Part shown: positions 1-9,420 of the stretch, piece by piece
Layout of the letters: every line of letters starts with the position of its first letter
How positions within the stretch are numbered: position 1 is the first letter of the stretch
From: Candidatus Sulfopaludibacter sp. SbA3
GTDB lineage: Bacteria; Acidobacteriota; Terriglobia; 2-12-FULL-54-10
Reading direction: 5' to 3'
DNA length: 53,388 nucleotides
NCBI GenBank assembly: GCA_945865705.1
Contig: CAMBEY010000001.1
Location: forward strand, 1 to 53,388
Position numbers and translations under genes: made by a program
Notes under the pieces: model-generated
Databases searched by the model: none
What the model was told of the DNA's origin: nothing
What the model saw: only the letters and a program-made list of their open reading frames with translations

Positions 1-1371
1 GTCGCCGCGCAGGTGCGCAATAAACAAGTCTCGCCAGTCGAGCTGACCGAGCAGGCGCTCCAGCGCATCGCACAACTCAATCCTCTTCTGAACGCCTTCA
101 TTACCATCACCGCCGAATCCGCGCTGCGCGAAGCCCGCCAAGCTGAGCGCGAAATCATGAAGGGCGAAAATCGCGGACCCTTGCACGGCATTCCCATCAG
201 CGTGAAAGATTTGATGTACACCGCCGGCGTGCGCACCACCGCCGGCTCGAAGATTCTGGCGGACTTCATACCCGATCATGACGCGGCGGTGGTTGCCAAG
301 CTGCGCGATGCGGGCGCAGTAATGGTGGGCAAGACCGCTATGCACGAGTTCGCTTACGGGATCACCAACGATAATCCTCACTACGGCCCCACACGCAATC
401 CCTGGAACCCACACCGCGTTTCTGGCGGATCGAGCGGCGGCTCCGGCGTGGCCGTGGCCACAGAAATGTGTTTCGCCGCGCTCGGCACCGACACCGGCGG
501 CTCCATCCGCATCCCCGGATCGTTCTGCGGCGTTGCCGGACTCAAGCCTAGCTTCGGGCGCATCAGTTGCCGCGGCGTCTATCCGCTGGGACCGACGCTC
601 GATCACGTGGGACCGATGGCCCGCTCCGTGGTGGACGTGGGCATCCTCTATCAAGTGCTGTCTGGATACGATCCCGAGGACGGCTACTCCGCCGACCGAC
701 CAGCGACGGAAATCAGCCTGCGCAAATCATTGCAGGGCCTTCGCGTAGGAGTTGCAGAGGATTACTTCAACGTCGATATACACCCGGAAGTCGCTCAACT
801 CTTCAGCCGCGTGCCAGCGGTGATGGAAGACCTCGGCGCTGGCATCTTCACTGTGAAGCTGCCGGACATGGCCGCGCTAACGGAAGTCAGCCGCACCGCG
901 TTGCTGGTGGAAGGACATGCCGGACACGCCCAGCATCTGGCCGAGCGGCCCGATGATCTTGGCGCGGACGTTCGACTCATCATCGAACGCGGCAGTGAGA
1001 TTTCGGCCCGCGATTATGTGCTTGCCCAACTGGCGCGCAACCAATTTCGCATCGCGCTCGAAAAAGTATTCGCAAGCGTGGATGTACTCATCACGCCCGC
1101 CACTCCCCTCACGGCGTTTCCCATTGGAACCAAGAATGTATTGCTGGGAAAAAACGAAGAGGATGCGCGAACGGCGGCGACACGCTTTACGCGCTGCTTC
1201 AACGCCTCCGGCCACCCGGCGCTTTCGGTCTGCTGCGGATTCGACTCGGAGGGCCTGCCCGTGGGCTTGCAGATCGTTGGACGCATGTGGGACGAAGCCA
1301 GCGTGTTACACGCCGGCTACGCCTACGAGCAAGCCACCGAATGGCACACCCGCCGCCCGCCCGTCGCTTAA
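1..1371 (+). CDS. amidase-signature family amidase (GatA-like); 5' end outside window
   Basis: The frame stays open to position 1 (VAAQVRNKQVSPVELTEQAL...), so the track start at 13 is internal. Carries the amidase signature GGSSGGSG and the conserved SVKDL lysine region. Length is about 450 aa. Confidence 0.85.
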   Translation, partial: VAAQVRNKQVSPVELTEQALQRIAQLNPLLNAFITITAESALREARQAEREIMKGENRGPLHGIPISVKDLMYTAGVRTTAGSKILADFIPDHDAAVVAKLRDAGAVMVGKTAMHEFAYGITNDNPHYGPTRNPWNPHRVSGGSSGGSGVAVATEMCFAALGTDTGGSIRIPGSFCGVAGLKPSFGRISCRGVYPLGPTLDHVGPMARSVVDVGILYQVLSGYDPEDGYSADRPATEISLRKSLQGLRVGVAEDYFNVDIHPEVAQLFSRVPAVMEDLGAGIFTVKLPDMAALTEVSRTALLVEGHAGHAQHLAERPDDLGADVRLIIERGSEISARDYVLAQLARNQFRIALEKVFASVDVLITPATPLTAFPIGTKNVLLGKNEEDARTAATRFTRCFNASGHPALSVCCGFDSEGLPVGLQIVGRMWDEASVLHAGYAYEQATEWHTRRPPVA

Positions 1372-1387
1372 TCGCTCCCCCAAAGTC

Positions 1388-1420
1388 GTCATCCCGAGCG
1401 CCGCAAGGGATATGCTTTTC
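1388..1420 (+). repeat. dispersed 33-nt hairpin repeat, copy A (partner at 42268-42300)
   Basis: GTCATCCCGAGCGCCGCAAGGGATATGCTTTTC matches 42268-42300 at 28 of the first 32 positions. ATCCC/GGGAT forms a 5-bp stem around an 11-nt loop. It lies between convergent gene ends. Confidence 0.55.
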
Positions 1421-1457
1421 TGGAAGATACGAGCAACAGCCTCGCGCGCCCCGACAA

Positions 1458-3587
1458 TCACTTCTCCCAAATCTTCACCAGAAACGCATCGTTCGGTCCG
1501 CCGCCAAATGCTGGTGAATGCGGCTTGGTAACAGGGAAATTCTTCGATTCCGTGCGTCCAGAAATGTAGACTTCGCCATGCGCGCTTACCGCGATGCCTC
1601 GTCCTCGCTCATACAGGTCACCGCCGAGAAAGCTGGAAACAACTAGCGTAGCTCCCGTGCGGTCAAGCTTTGCGTAGAACGTGTCGGCCGTCCCTCCGGC
1701 GTAATTGGGCTGCAACGGATTCTTTAGAGGAAAGTTTTTAGAGTCCGTGTAGCCGGTGAGATAAACATCACCCGCCGCGTTGAGCGCAAGGCCGCGACCG
1801 TAATCAGCTCCGCTGCCGCCGAGGAATGTTGAATAGTTGAGCGCGGCGCCATCGGCGCGCAGCGAGGAAACGAAGATATCCTGCGCCCCGCCGCCGAACT
1901 TCGCTTGCAACGGCTTCGCGGTGGGAAAGTCAGACGATTGCGTGTAACCCGTGATGGTGGCGTTACCCGCCGCATCCACAACGATGCCACGGCTTTCGTC
2001 ATCCTTGCTGCCACCAAGAAATGTCGAGTACACGAGCGCGGTTCCGTCGGGATTGATTTTCACTACAATGGTGTCGTCGCCCTCGCCACCCTTGAAGGCA
2101 CTCTGCAGGGGCTTGGCGGTGGGAAAATCAGCCGAGTTGGTCAGGCCCGTGATGTACGCGCTGCCAGCGGCATCCACGGTGATGGCGTGCCCCACATCAT
2201 CGCCTGCCCCGCCGAGATATGTGGAGTACACCAACGCCGATCCGGCGGGATTGATCTTCAACGCGAATGTATCCTGCTTACCGGCGTACTTCACCTGAAT
2301 GGGATTCTTCACCGGAAAATTTGCCGATTCGGTGATTCCTGTCAGATAGGCGTTGCCAGCCGCGTCCACCGCCAGCGCGCGCCCTTGGTCGTATTCGCTT
2401 CCGCCGAGATATGTGGAATAGATCAACGCGTTGCCCGCGGCGTTCAGCTTGGTAATGAATCCATCATCCGACCCGCCGCCAAACTTGGCCTGAATGGGTT
2501 TCATCAACGGAAAATCGCTGGCCTCGGTGCGCCCGCCGATGTAGGCGTTGCCCGCGGCGTCGATCTTGAGGTTGTGCCCGACAGCCGTCTTGCTGCCGCC
2601 AAGATATGTGCAATAGATCAACTTCGTGCCCGTGGGATCGAGCTTGGCCACAAACGCCAGTGTGTTGCCTTTCGTCTGAAAAACGCTCGCGGGATGAGCG
2701 AGCTTGCCCGCCGAAAGCGGCAAATCCGGCGACGACGTTTCGCCTGACATATAGATGAAACCATCTTTATCGACCGCGATAGAGAGAATCTCCTCCTCCT
2801 GGCTGCCGCCGAAAAACCGTCCGTACTCCATCACCGGATCGATCACCAACTCGCGGCTGTGGTCATACTCAGCCAGATCGAATCCCACTTGCAAAGGATC
2901 AGCCGACAAAACGCGGAATGCGCCCGCTATCAATTGTCGTTCGCCTCGTTCCACCTGATACACAACCGGAGCGCGATGCGTGAATGTGTTTCCCGCGGAG
3001 CGAATGGTCAGATTCCCCGCCCCATCCAGATAAAAATCCTCGCCTCCCGAGAGTTCCATTTTGATTTGTGCGGGGTCGGCTCCGGGCTGCACCATATAGT
3101 CGTATTCAATTTGCCCCTGAGTAGCGTGAAATACAACATCAATGCCGGAGTACACTTCGCGGTAGCGGACACCTGAATGCTGGGCCACGTCAGTTACCCA
3201 TGCCCGCGGATCATCGCCAATAAAATAATGGGATCGCCCATCCCGCGGATTCTCTCCGATAATTTCCGGAGCAGCATTGCCGCCGATCCACTTCATCTCC
3301 ATAGGGAAAGCGGCTGACGAGTGGCCGGAGGGCAGCAGCATCGCCACATCTTCGCTTCGGAAAAACATCCCGGCCCCGCGCGCCAGCATCTTCACCTGCG
3401 GATTTGCCTGGCCCAGGTTGGGTTCAAAGTAGAGCGGCATCCCCGCCAGTCTGGCGCCACTGTCGGCTCGTTCCCTTGCGGTCTTTGGGAGAGAATGTTG
3501 CGACGAGGAGGTTAGGGTAGCCAGCCCAAGCAGCAAGAGCAGGCCGAACGACCATCCTGGATGGATACGTAATCGCGTCATCGGCAC
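1458..3587 (-). CDS. secreted SBBP beta-propeller repeat protein
   Basis: N-terminal signal peptide (FGLLLLLGLATLTSS). At least 7 tandem repeats of about 58 aa follow the pattern YSTYLGGs.dD.G.aiaVDaaGNAYiTG.T.S.dFP, typical of SBBP repeats. Confidence 0.8.
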   Translation of the reverse strand: MPMTRLRIHPGWSFGLLLLLGLATLTSSSQHSLPKTARERADSGARLAGMPLYFEPNLGQANPQVKMLARGAGMFFRSEDVAMLLPSGHSSAAFPMEMKWIGGNAAPEIIGENPRDGRSHYFIGDDPRAWVTDVAQHSGVRYREVYSGIDVVFHATQGQIEYDYMVQPGADPAQIKMELSGGEDFYLDGAGNLTIRSAGNTFTHRAPVVYQVERGERQLIAGAFRVLSADPLQVGFDLAEYDHSRELVIDPVMEYGRFFGGSQEEEILSIAVDKDGFIYMSGETSSPDLPLSAGKLAHPASVFQTKGNTLAFVAKLDPTGTKLIYCTYLGGSKTAVGHNLKIDAAGNAYIGGRTEASDFPLMKPIQAKFGGGSDDGFITKLNAAGNALIYSTYLGGSEYDQGRALAVDAAGNAYLTGITESANFPVKNPIQVKYAGKQDTFALKINPAGSALVYSTYLGGAGDDVGHAITVDAAGSAYITGLTNSADFPTAKPLQSAFKGGEGDDTIVVKINPDGTALVYSTFLGGSKDDESRGIVVDAAGNATITGYTQSSDFPTAKPLQAKFGGGAQDIFVSSLRADGAALNYSTFLGGSGADYGRGLALNAAGDVYLTGYTDSKNFPLKNPLQPNYAGGTADTFYAKLDRTGATLVVSSFLGGDLYERGRGIAVSAHGEVYISGRTESKNFPVTKPHSPAFGGGPNDAFLVKIWEK

Positions 3588-3635
3588 CCTCCTTATATTT
3601 GGCGCAACGAGCCGAGCGTCTCAAATCCAGCGGCG

Positions 3636-4022
3636 CTACCTGGTCCGCGCTTCATGCTCCAGCTTCGCCACACGAGCTTCCAGAACCGCCAATTCGTCGC
3701 GGCCCACTTTCTGTTTCAGATCGTTGCGAATGATGGAAAGCTCGGATCGCACCAGCTCCATTTCAAAGCGAACCTGCTCCACTTCCAGTTTCACATCCCG
3801 GAAGCCCTCGGCCATTTCCTGGCGGAGTACTTGATGTCCTTCGGCGACCGCTTGGACTTTTGAACCAAGGTCTTCGGCGAATACCCCCAGATAACGCTGG
3901 TATTCGTCGCGCTGGGTGTCCAGATACTTTTGGTATTCGTTGCCCTGGGTGTTCAGATACCGTTGGTATTCTTCCCGTTGCTCAACGAGGATTTGCCGGA
4001 GGTTTTGTTCGTTTAGTTCCAT
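3636..4022 (-). CDS. small coiled-coil protein with 11-residue repeats, unknown function
   Basis: 128-aa ORF with protein-like E/Q/R/L-rich heptad character. Contains three EYQ(R/K)YL-type 11-mers. I recognise no family. Confidence 0.6.
   Translation of the reverse strand: MELNEQNLRQILVEQREEYQRYLNTQGNEYQKYLDTQRDEYQRYLGVFAEDLGSKVQAVAEGHQVLRQEMAEGFRDVKLEVEQVRFEMELVRSELSIIRNDLKQKVGRDELAVLEARVAKLEHEARTR
3888..3986. repeat. 3 x 33-bp in-frame tandem repeat inside the coiled-coil gene
   Basis: Units at 3888-3920, 3921-3953 and 3954-3986 all begin CAGATA..TGGTATTC. On the minus strand they encode EYQRYLNTQGN / EYQKYLDTQRD / EYQRYLGVFAE. Confidence 0.75.
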
Positions 4023-4093
4023 GGCGAGCGATTATATCATTATGCGAGGGCAGGTTTGATCTCCTAATACTCCGCGCCTGTTTTGCCCTTCAA

Positions 4094-4123
4094 TTGACGC
4101 TTTGCCCGTGTAGACGGCATAAT
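4094..4123 (+). promoter_or_regulatory. candidate sigma70-type promoter of valS
   Basis: TTGACG (4094-4099), 18-nt spacer, CATAAT (4118-4123). The ATG at 4134 would leave an almost leaderless mRNA. Motif match only. Confidence 0.3.
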
Positions 4124-4133
4124 CAGAGTTTCT

Positions 4134-6824
4134 ATGGCTGAGATTGCAAAAGCTTATAATCCGGGCGAAATCGAACCGCGCTGGGCGAGTGAGTGGGTGG
4201 AGAAGGGCCTTTACAAGGCCGACGCCGACTCCACTGCGCCCATGTTTTCGCTGGTCATTCCGCCTCCCAACGTAACCGGCTCGCTCCACATGGGACACAT
4301 GCTGGAGCACACCCTCATCGACATCATCGTGCGCTGGAAGCGTATGCAGGGTTTTAACACGCTTTGGCTGCCGGGCACGGACCACGCTGGAATCGCCACG
4401 CAGATGGTGGTGGAGCGCCAGCTTGCCGAGCAAGGAATCAAGCGGCGCGACCTGGGCCGCGAAAAGTTCGAGGAAAAGGTATGGGAGTGGAAGGAGCAGA
4501 GCGGCGACAACATCAAGCGGCAGATGCTGCGGCTGGGCGCGTCGTGCGACTGGTCGCGTGAGCGCTTCACGCTGGACCCCGGCCTCTCTGCCGCAGTGCG
4601 CGAAGTTTTCGTCACGCTCTACGAGAAGAAGCTCATCTATCGCGGCAAGTACATCGTCAACTGGTGCCCGCGCTGCCAGACGGCCATCTCTGATCTCGAA
4701 ACAGTGCATGAGCAGGAGCCGGGGCATCTCTACTACATTCGTTATCCAGTAATCGGGCCAGAGAATGAGGAAACCGAATATGTGATCGTCGCGACGACGC
4801 GGCCCGAGACGATGCTGGGCGACACCGCCGTCTGCGTGAATCCGCGCGACGAACGCTACACAAAGTTTCACGGCAAGTCGGTGCGCTTGCCGCTGATGGG
4901 TCGCGAGATTCCCTTCATCCTCGACGAACTGGCCGACCCCGAGTTCGGCACCGGCGCGGTGAAGGTAACGCCCGCGCACGACGCCAACGACTTCCAGGCT
5001 GGCCTGCGCCACAACCTCCCGCAGATCGACGTGATGGACGAGACGGGCCGGATGAACCAAAATGCCGGAGCGTATGCCGATCTTGACCGTTACGAAGCGC
5101 GCAAGCGGATACTCGAAGATCTGAAACAGCAGGGCCTGCTGGAAAAACTGGAGCCGCACACGTTGCCTCTCGGCCGCTGTCAGCGCTGCAAGACGCCCGT
5201 TGAGCCACGCCTGTCCACACAGTGGTTCGTCAAAGTTGCCCCGCTGGCCGACGCGGCGACCAAAGCCGTGGAAGACGGTCGCACCAAATTTGTTCCCGAA
5301 AATTACACCAAGATTTACTTCGAGTGGATGCGCAACATTCACGACTGGGTCATCTCGCGGCAGCTCTGGTGGGGGCACCGCATCCCGGCGTGGCACTGCG
5401 AGAGTTGCAGCGAAGTGATCGTGGCGCGCGAGACGCCAGCCCAATGTTCGAAGTGCGGCGGCTCGGCGCTGCGGCAGGACACTGACGTTCTGGACACCTG
5501 GTTCAGCTCCGCACTGTGGCCGTTCTCGACGCTCGGCTGGCCAGTGCAGACACGCGACTTGGCCACGTTCTATCCGACATCACTGCTGATCACCGGCTTC
5601 GACATCCTGTTTTTCTGGGTGGCGCGCATGATGATGATGGGCATCGAGTTCATGGGCAAAGTTCCGTTCGAGACGGTCTACATCCACCAGCTCGTGCGCG
5701 ACGCCGATAAACAAAAAATGTCCAAGACCAAGGGCAACGTGATTGATCCTTTGGTAGTCACGGAAAAGTACGGCACGGACGCCGTGCGCTTTACGCTGGC
5801 GGTGATGGCCGCACCGGGTACGGACATTGCGCTCTCGGAAGATCGCATGGAGGGTTATCGCGCGTTCGCCAATAAGATTTGGAACGCCTCGCGCTTCCTG
5901 ACCATGTCGCTTGAAAGGGCGGGCATCACCGAGTGGACGCCGCCATCTGACGGCAACTTCCGTCCCGTCGCGGCTGGCGGTGAGGAAGTATCCTTCGAAG
6001 ACCGATGGATATTCTCGCGCCTCTCGCGACTCGCCGCCACTACCGCCGATGCGTGGAACGCGTTCCGTTTCCACGATGCCGCGCATGAGGTCTATCACTT
6101 CTTCTGGGGCGAGTTCTGCGACTGGTATCTGGAACTGAAGAAGCTCAGCTTTGAAGCCGACGCCGGCAATCCCGCGCGCTTGGCTGCATCCGCCGACAAT
6201 CTCTGCCGCGCGCTGGATCTCGCACTGCGCCTGCTGCATCCCATGATGCCCTTCATCACCGAGGAACTCTGGCAGCGGCTGGCCCCGCGCGACGGCTCCA
6301 TCTCGCACGCAAAATATCCCGCATCCGAACCAACCTGGATTGATGAAGCGGCCGAGCAGGATATGCAATTGCTGCAGGACATCATCGTCAATGTCCGCAA
6401 CATGCGCGCCGAGATGAAGGTGGATGCCAAGAAGAAAATCCCCGTGCAGCTCCGCGGCATGGACGATGCGACGAATCAAGCGGCGACACGTTACCGCAAT
6501 GCCATCGAGAGACTCAGCACTGTCAGCGCGCTCGAAGTCAGCAACGAGCCGCTGGCGGAGGCCGGTGGCGCCGTGCGATCCATGCCACGATATTCGCTGC
6601 GTATCGCGCTGGCCGACGCCGTTGACCCCGCCGCCGAACGCATTCGTCTCGAAAAGGAATTGCAGAAATTTGAGAAGGAAACAATTTCGCTCGCGAACCA
6701 GCTCGGCAATGAAAACTTTCTGGCCAAGGCTCCGGCGCACATCGTTGCAGGAATGCGCAAGCGCAGCGAGGAAGTGGCGGGCCTGTTAATCAAGATCGCG
6801 GAAACGCTCAAGAGCCTAAACTAG
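4134..6824 (+). CDS. valS: valine--tRNA ligase
   Basis: 896 aa. HIGH-type motif (PPPNVTGSLHMGH), KMSKT (KMSKS motif), CP1 editing-domain length and a C-terminal coiled-coil, as in ValRS. Confidence 0.97.
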   Translation: MAEIAKAYNPGEIEPRWASEWVEKGLYKADADSTAPMFSLVIPPPNVTGSLHMGHMLEHTLIDIIVRWKRMQGFNTLWLPGTDHAGIATQMVVERQLAEQGIKRRDLGREKFEEKVWEWKEQSGDNIKRQMLRLGASCDWSRERFTLDPGLSAAVREVFVTLYEKKLIYRGKYIVNWCPRCQTAISDLETVHEQEPGHLYYIRYPVIGPENEETEYVIVATTRPETMLGDTAVCVNPRDERYTKFHGKSVRLPLMGREIPFILDELADPEFGTGAVKVTPAHDANDFQAGLRHNLPQIDVMDETGRMNQNAGAYADLDRYEARKRILEDLKQQGLLEKLEPHTLPLGRCQRCKTPVEPRLSTQWFVKVAPLADAATKAVEDGRTKFVPENYTKIYFEWMRNIHDWVISRQLWWGHRIPAWHCESCSEVIVARETPAQCSKCGGSALRQDTDVLDTWFSSALWPFSTLGWPVQTRDLATFYPTSLLITGFDILFFWVARMMMMGIEFMGKVPFETVYIHQLVRDADKQKMSKTKGNVIDPLVVTEKYGTDAVRFTLAVMAAPGTDIALSEDRMEGYRAFANKIWNASRFLTMSLERAGITEWTPPSDGNFRPVAAGGEEVSFEDRWIFSRLSRLAATTADAWNAFRFHDAAHEVYHFFWGEFCDWYLELKKLSFEADAGNPARLAASADNLCRALDLALRLLHPMMPFITEELWQRLAPRDGSISHAKYPASEPTWIDEAAEQDMQLLQDIIVNVRNMRAEMKVDAKKKIPVQLRGMDDATNQAATRYRNAIERLSTVSALEVSNEPLAEAGGAVRSMPRYSLRIALADAVDPAAERIRLEKELQKFEKETISLANQLGNENFLAKAPAHIVAGMRKRSEEVAGLLIKIAETLKSLN

Positions 6825-6872
6825 TCTGCCCGATTTCAGGCTACATCGAATCGCCGCACCCCGAGAATAAAC

Positions 6873-7700
6873 ATGCCAGAGAATTACATTGCCGCAGCCG
6901 TCCGGCAGTCATTGGCTTCCAGTGGCGCAAGCGCAGCGAGTCATGAACGATTCGGGTATCCGTTTCATTTTTACGAGACTATTGATTCGACCATGACGGA
7001 AGCCGCGCGTCTCGCGGAAGAGGGCGCACCCACCGGCACGCTGGTGATGGCCGAAGAACAGACCGCTGGGCGTGGGCGGCTCGGGAGGCAGTGGGTCTCC
7101 GAGCCCGGCGCGGGGCTATACTTCACGCTGATCCTTCGTCCAAAGATCGCTCCGGTGGCCGCGCCGGTGCTGACGCTGATGGCAGGCGTCAGTTTGGCTG
7201 AAGCCGTGCGGCCGTTCGTTTCCGACCGAGTAGACCTGCGCTGGCCCAACGATTTATTGATCAGCGGGAAAAAATGCGCCGGAATACTGGTAGAGATGCG
7301 CGCCGATCCAGAGCGCGCCCAATCGGAGCGACTGTGGCACGTGCTGATGGGCATTGGCATCAACGTGAACAACACGCAGTTTCCGGAGGGGCTGGAGACG
7401 GAGCCAACATCGTTATTATTGGAGGCGGGACAGCCCATCCCGCGTGTGGATCTGCTGATTTCCGTCCTGAAGCGGCTGGAGGAGGACTATAATTCATTAC
7501 TGGTGGACGGCGCGCAACCGATGCTGAAACAATTTTCAACCATCTCCAGTTATGCTGCCGGCAAACGCGTCCGCGCCGGTGAAGACGGGCATTTTATAAC
7601 CGGAACAACGGCTGGATTAACGCCAGAGGGTGTTCTGCTTTTGCGCCGCGATGACGGTGGGCTTGAAAAAATAATTGCGGGCCACGTAAGACCGTTGTAA
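6873..7700 (+). CDS. birA: biotin--[acetyl-CoA-carboxylase] ligase, class I (no N-terminal HTH)
   Basis: Carries the GRGRLGRQW biotin-binding loop motif. At 275 aa it has no DNA-binding domain. Confidence 0.85.
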   Translation: MPENYIAAAVRQSLASSGASAASHERFGYPFHFYETIDSTMTEAARLAEEGAPTGTLVMAEEQTAGRGRLGRQWVSEPGAGLYFTLILRPKIAPVAAPVLTLMAGVSLAEAVRPFVSDRVDLRWPNDLLISGKKCAGILVEMRADPERAQSERLWHVLMGIGINVNNTQFPEGLETEPTSLLLEAGQPIPRVDLLISVLKRLEEDYNSLLVDGAQPMLKQFSTISSYAAGKRVRAGEDGHFITGTTAGLTPEGVLLLRRDDGGLEKIIAGHVRPL

Positions 7701-7811
7701 GTAAGTACGGCCATGGCAGGAATTTTGCCGTAAGGATTCCATAGAGTAGAGGGCGATCCGCTGAAATCAGCAAGAAAACAAACCAGTGTATCCAGCAAGC
7801 TGCTGCTGGCC

Positions 7812-8600
7812 ATGGATGTCGGTAACACCAACACCGTGCTGGGCGTGTATTCCGGCGACAAGCTGGTCGCCGACTGGCGGCTGCGCACCGCGCGCGAGCA
7901 GACTGTGGACGAGTACGGAATCCTCACCCGCGACCTGTTCCGGCTGGCGGGAATGGCGCATGCGCGCATTGAAGGTGTAGTGATCGCCAGTGTAGTCCCG
8001 CCACTCAACAGCACGCTGGCCCAGATGGCGGAGCGCTACTTCAAACGCCAGGCTGTTTTTGTATCCGCGGGAGAGAGCACGGTGATGCCGGTGCTCTATG
8101 ACAATCCGCTCGAAGTGGGTGCGGATCGCATCGCCAACGGCATTGCGGCATACGCCAAGTACGGCGGCCCCTGCGTGGTGGTCGACTTCGGCACGGCGAT
8201 CAATTTTGATGTGGTCTCGCGGAATGGCGAGTACATGGGCGGAGTGCTCGCGCCCGGAATCGGCATTGCCGCCGATGCCTTGTCAGCACGCGCCGCGCGC
8301 TTGTTTCGCGTGGAGATCAGCGATCCGGGAGAGATCATCGGCACCAACACGGCGAGATCGCTGCAGGCCGGTTTTTTTTATGGATTTGTCGGCATGGTGG
8401 ACGGCATCCTGGAGCGCCTGAAAAACGAGCTGGGGCCGCGCACGCATGTGGTGGCCACAGGCGGACAAGCGGCGCTGATCGCCGGAGGGTCCAAATATAT
8501 CGAAGCAGTCGATGAACATCTGACGCTGGAAGGGCTTCGCCTATACTGGGAGCAAGGGAGAAAACAGCGCTCGCACAAGGAGTCCTCCCGTAAACGCTGA
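7812..8600 (+). CDS. coaX: type III pantothenate kinase
   Basis: N-terminal DVGNTNT phosphate-1 motif and the DFGTA motif. The true start may be a CTG a few codons upstream (..KLLLAMDVGNT). Confidence 0.9.
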   Translation: MDVGNTNTVLGVYSGDKLVADWRLRTAREQTVDEYGILTRDLFRLAGMAHARIEGVVIASVVPPLNSTLAQMAERYFKRQAVFVSAGESTVMPVLYDNPLEVGADRIANGIAAYAKYGGPCVVVDFGTAINFDVVSRNGEYMGGVLAPGIGIAADALSARAARLFRVEISDPGEIIGTNTARSLQAGFFYGFVGMVDGILERLKNELGPRTHVVATGGQAALIAGGSKYIEAVDEHLTLEGLRLYWEQGRKQRSHKESSRKR

Positions 8601-8676
8601 CCTACATCCCGCGGCGACAACGACTCATCCGCATGCGGACCTCGTCCGCCTCCGAGCCGATCCGCCCAATGCTTCT

Positions 8677-9372
8677 ATGGAAAACTACTTCAACTATTTC
8701 ACCGAGATTGAAGAGTATTTCTGGAAGAAGCGCGGCACGGCCATCCTGCTGACTACGCTCGACTGGGCGTTGATCGACTCGTGGAAGCAAGCCGACATTC
8801 CCATTGAGGCCATTCTGAAGGGCATTGACCGCACCTTTGAGAAGTATGAACAGCGCAAAGGAAAGACACGCCGCGTGAATGGGCTGGCCTATTGTCATCA
8901 GGCGGTGCTGGAGGCGGTAGAGGAAAAGGATCATGCGGGTCTGCCTCATGCGGCCACGCCACCGCCGTTTCCGCACGAAGCACTGGCGGATTATCTGGAA
9001 AAGAACGCCTCCGCAGTGGCTCGGGCAGCGGAAGGAATGTTCAAGCAAGGGCGCGCGGAATCCGCCACTAGTATGTCGGCGATTGCGGCCTCCTTGCGCG
9101 AACAATCTACGCTCGCGCGCGCGGGTGAGGCGTTGGACTTGCAGGCCATGGAGCAGCGCATGAGCATTTTGGAGGAGAAGATGTTCTCCATCCTGATGCA
9201 GGCCTGCGCAGAGGATGCTTTGGTGGTCATACGCGGCGAGCGCGACCGTCAACTCGCGCCGTTCCGTGGCAAGATGTCCAGCGCCCAGATCAGGGATTTG
9301 GAAAAGCAGTTTGAGATTCGGAAGATTCTGGAGATATCCGAACTGCCGCGCCTAAGTTTGTTCTATTTGTAA
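8677..9372 (+). CDS. conserved hypothetical protein
   Basis: 231-aa ORF with normal amino-acid composition (MENYFNYFTEIEEYFWKKRG...). The overlapping antisense ORF 8602-9252 is R/H/C-rich and looks spurious. Confidence 0.6.
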   Translation: MENYFNYFTEIEEYFWKKRGTAILLTTLDWALIDSWKQADIPIEAILKGIDRTFEKYEQRKGKTRRVNGLAYCHQAVLEAVEEKDHAGLPHAATPPPFPHEALADYLEKNASAVARAAEGMFKQGRAESATSMSAIAASLREQSTLARAGEALDLQAMEQRMSILEEKMFSILMQACAEDALVVIRGERDRQLAPFRGKMSSAQIRDLEKQFEIRKILEISELPRLSLFYL

Positions 9373-9420
9373 AACCTTTGTTCTATCTGTGAACCTGATG
9401 AGAAAGAAGCGCCCAATTCA

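Noticed and set aside
4032-5444. 470-aa ORF antisense to valS (also 5580-6740, 386 aa)
   Set aside because: It lies entirely within the unmistakable valS gene on the opposite strand. Its R/A/G/H-rich composition has no motifs, the usual stop-codon-poor antisense artefact of high-GC DNA.
8602-9252. 216-aa minus-strand ORF overlapping the 8677-9372 plus-strand ORF
   Set aside because: The plus-strand product has balanced, protein-like composition and a plausible start. The minus-strand product is R/H/C/G-rich with no features.
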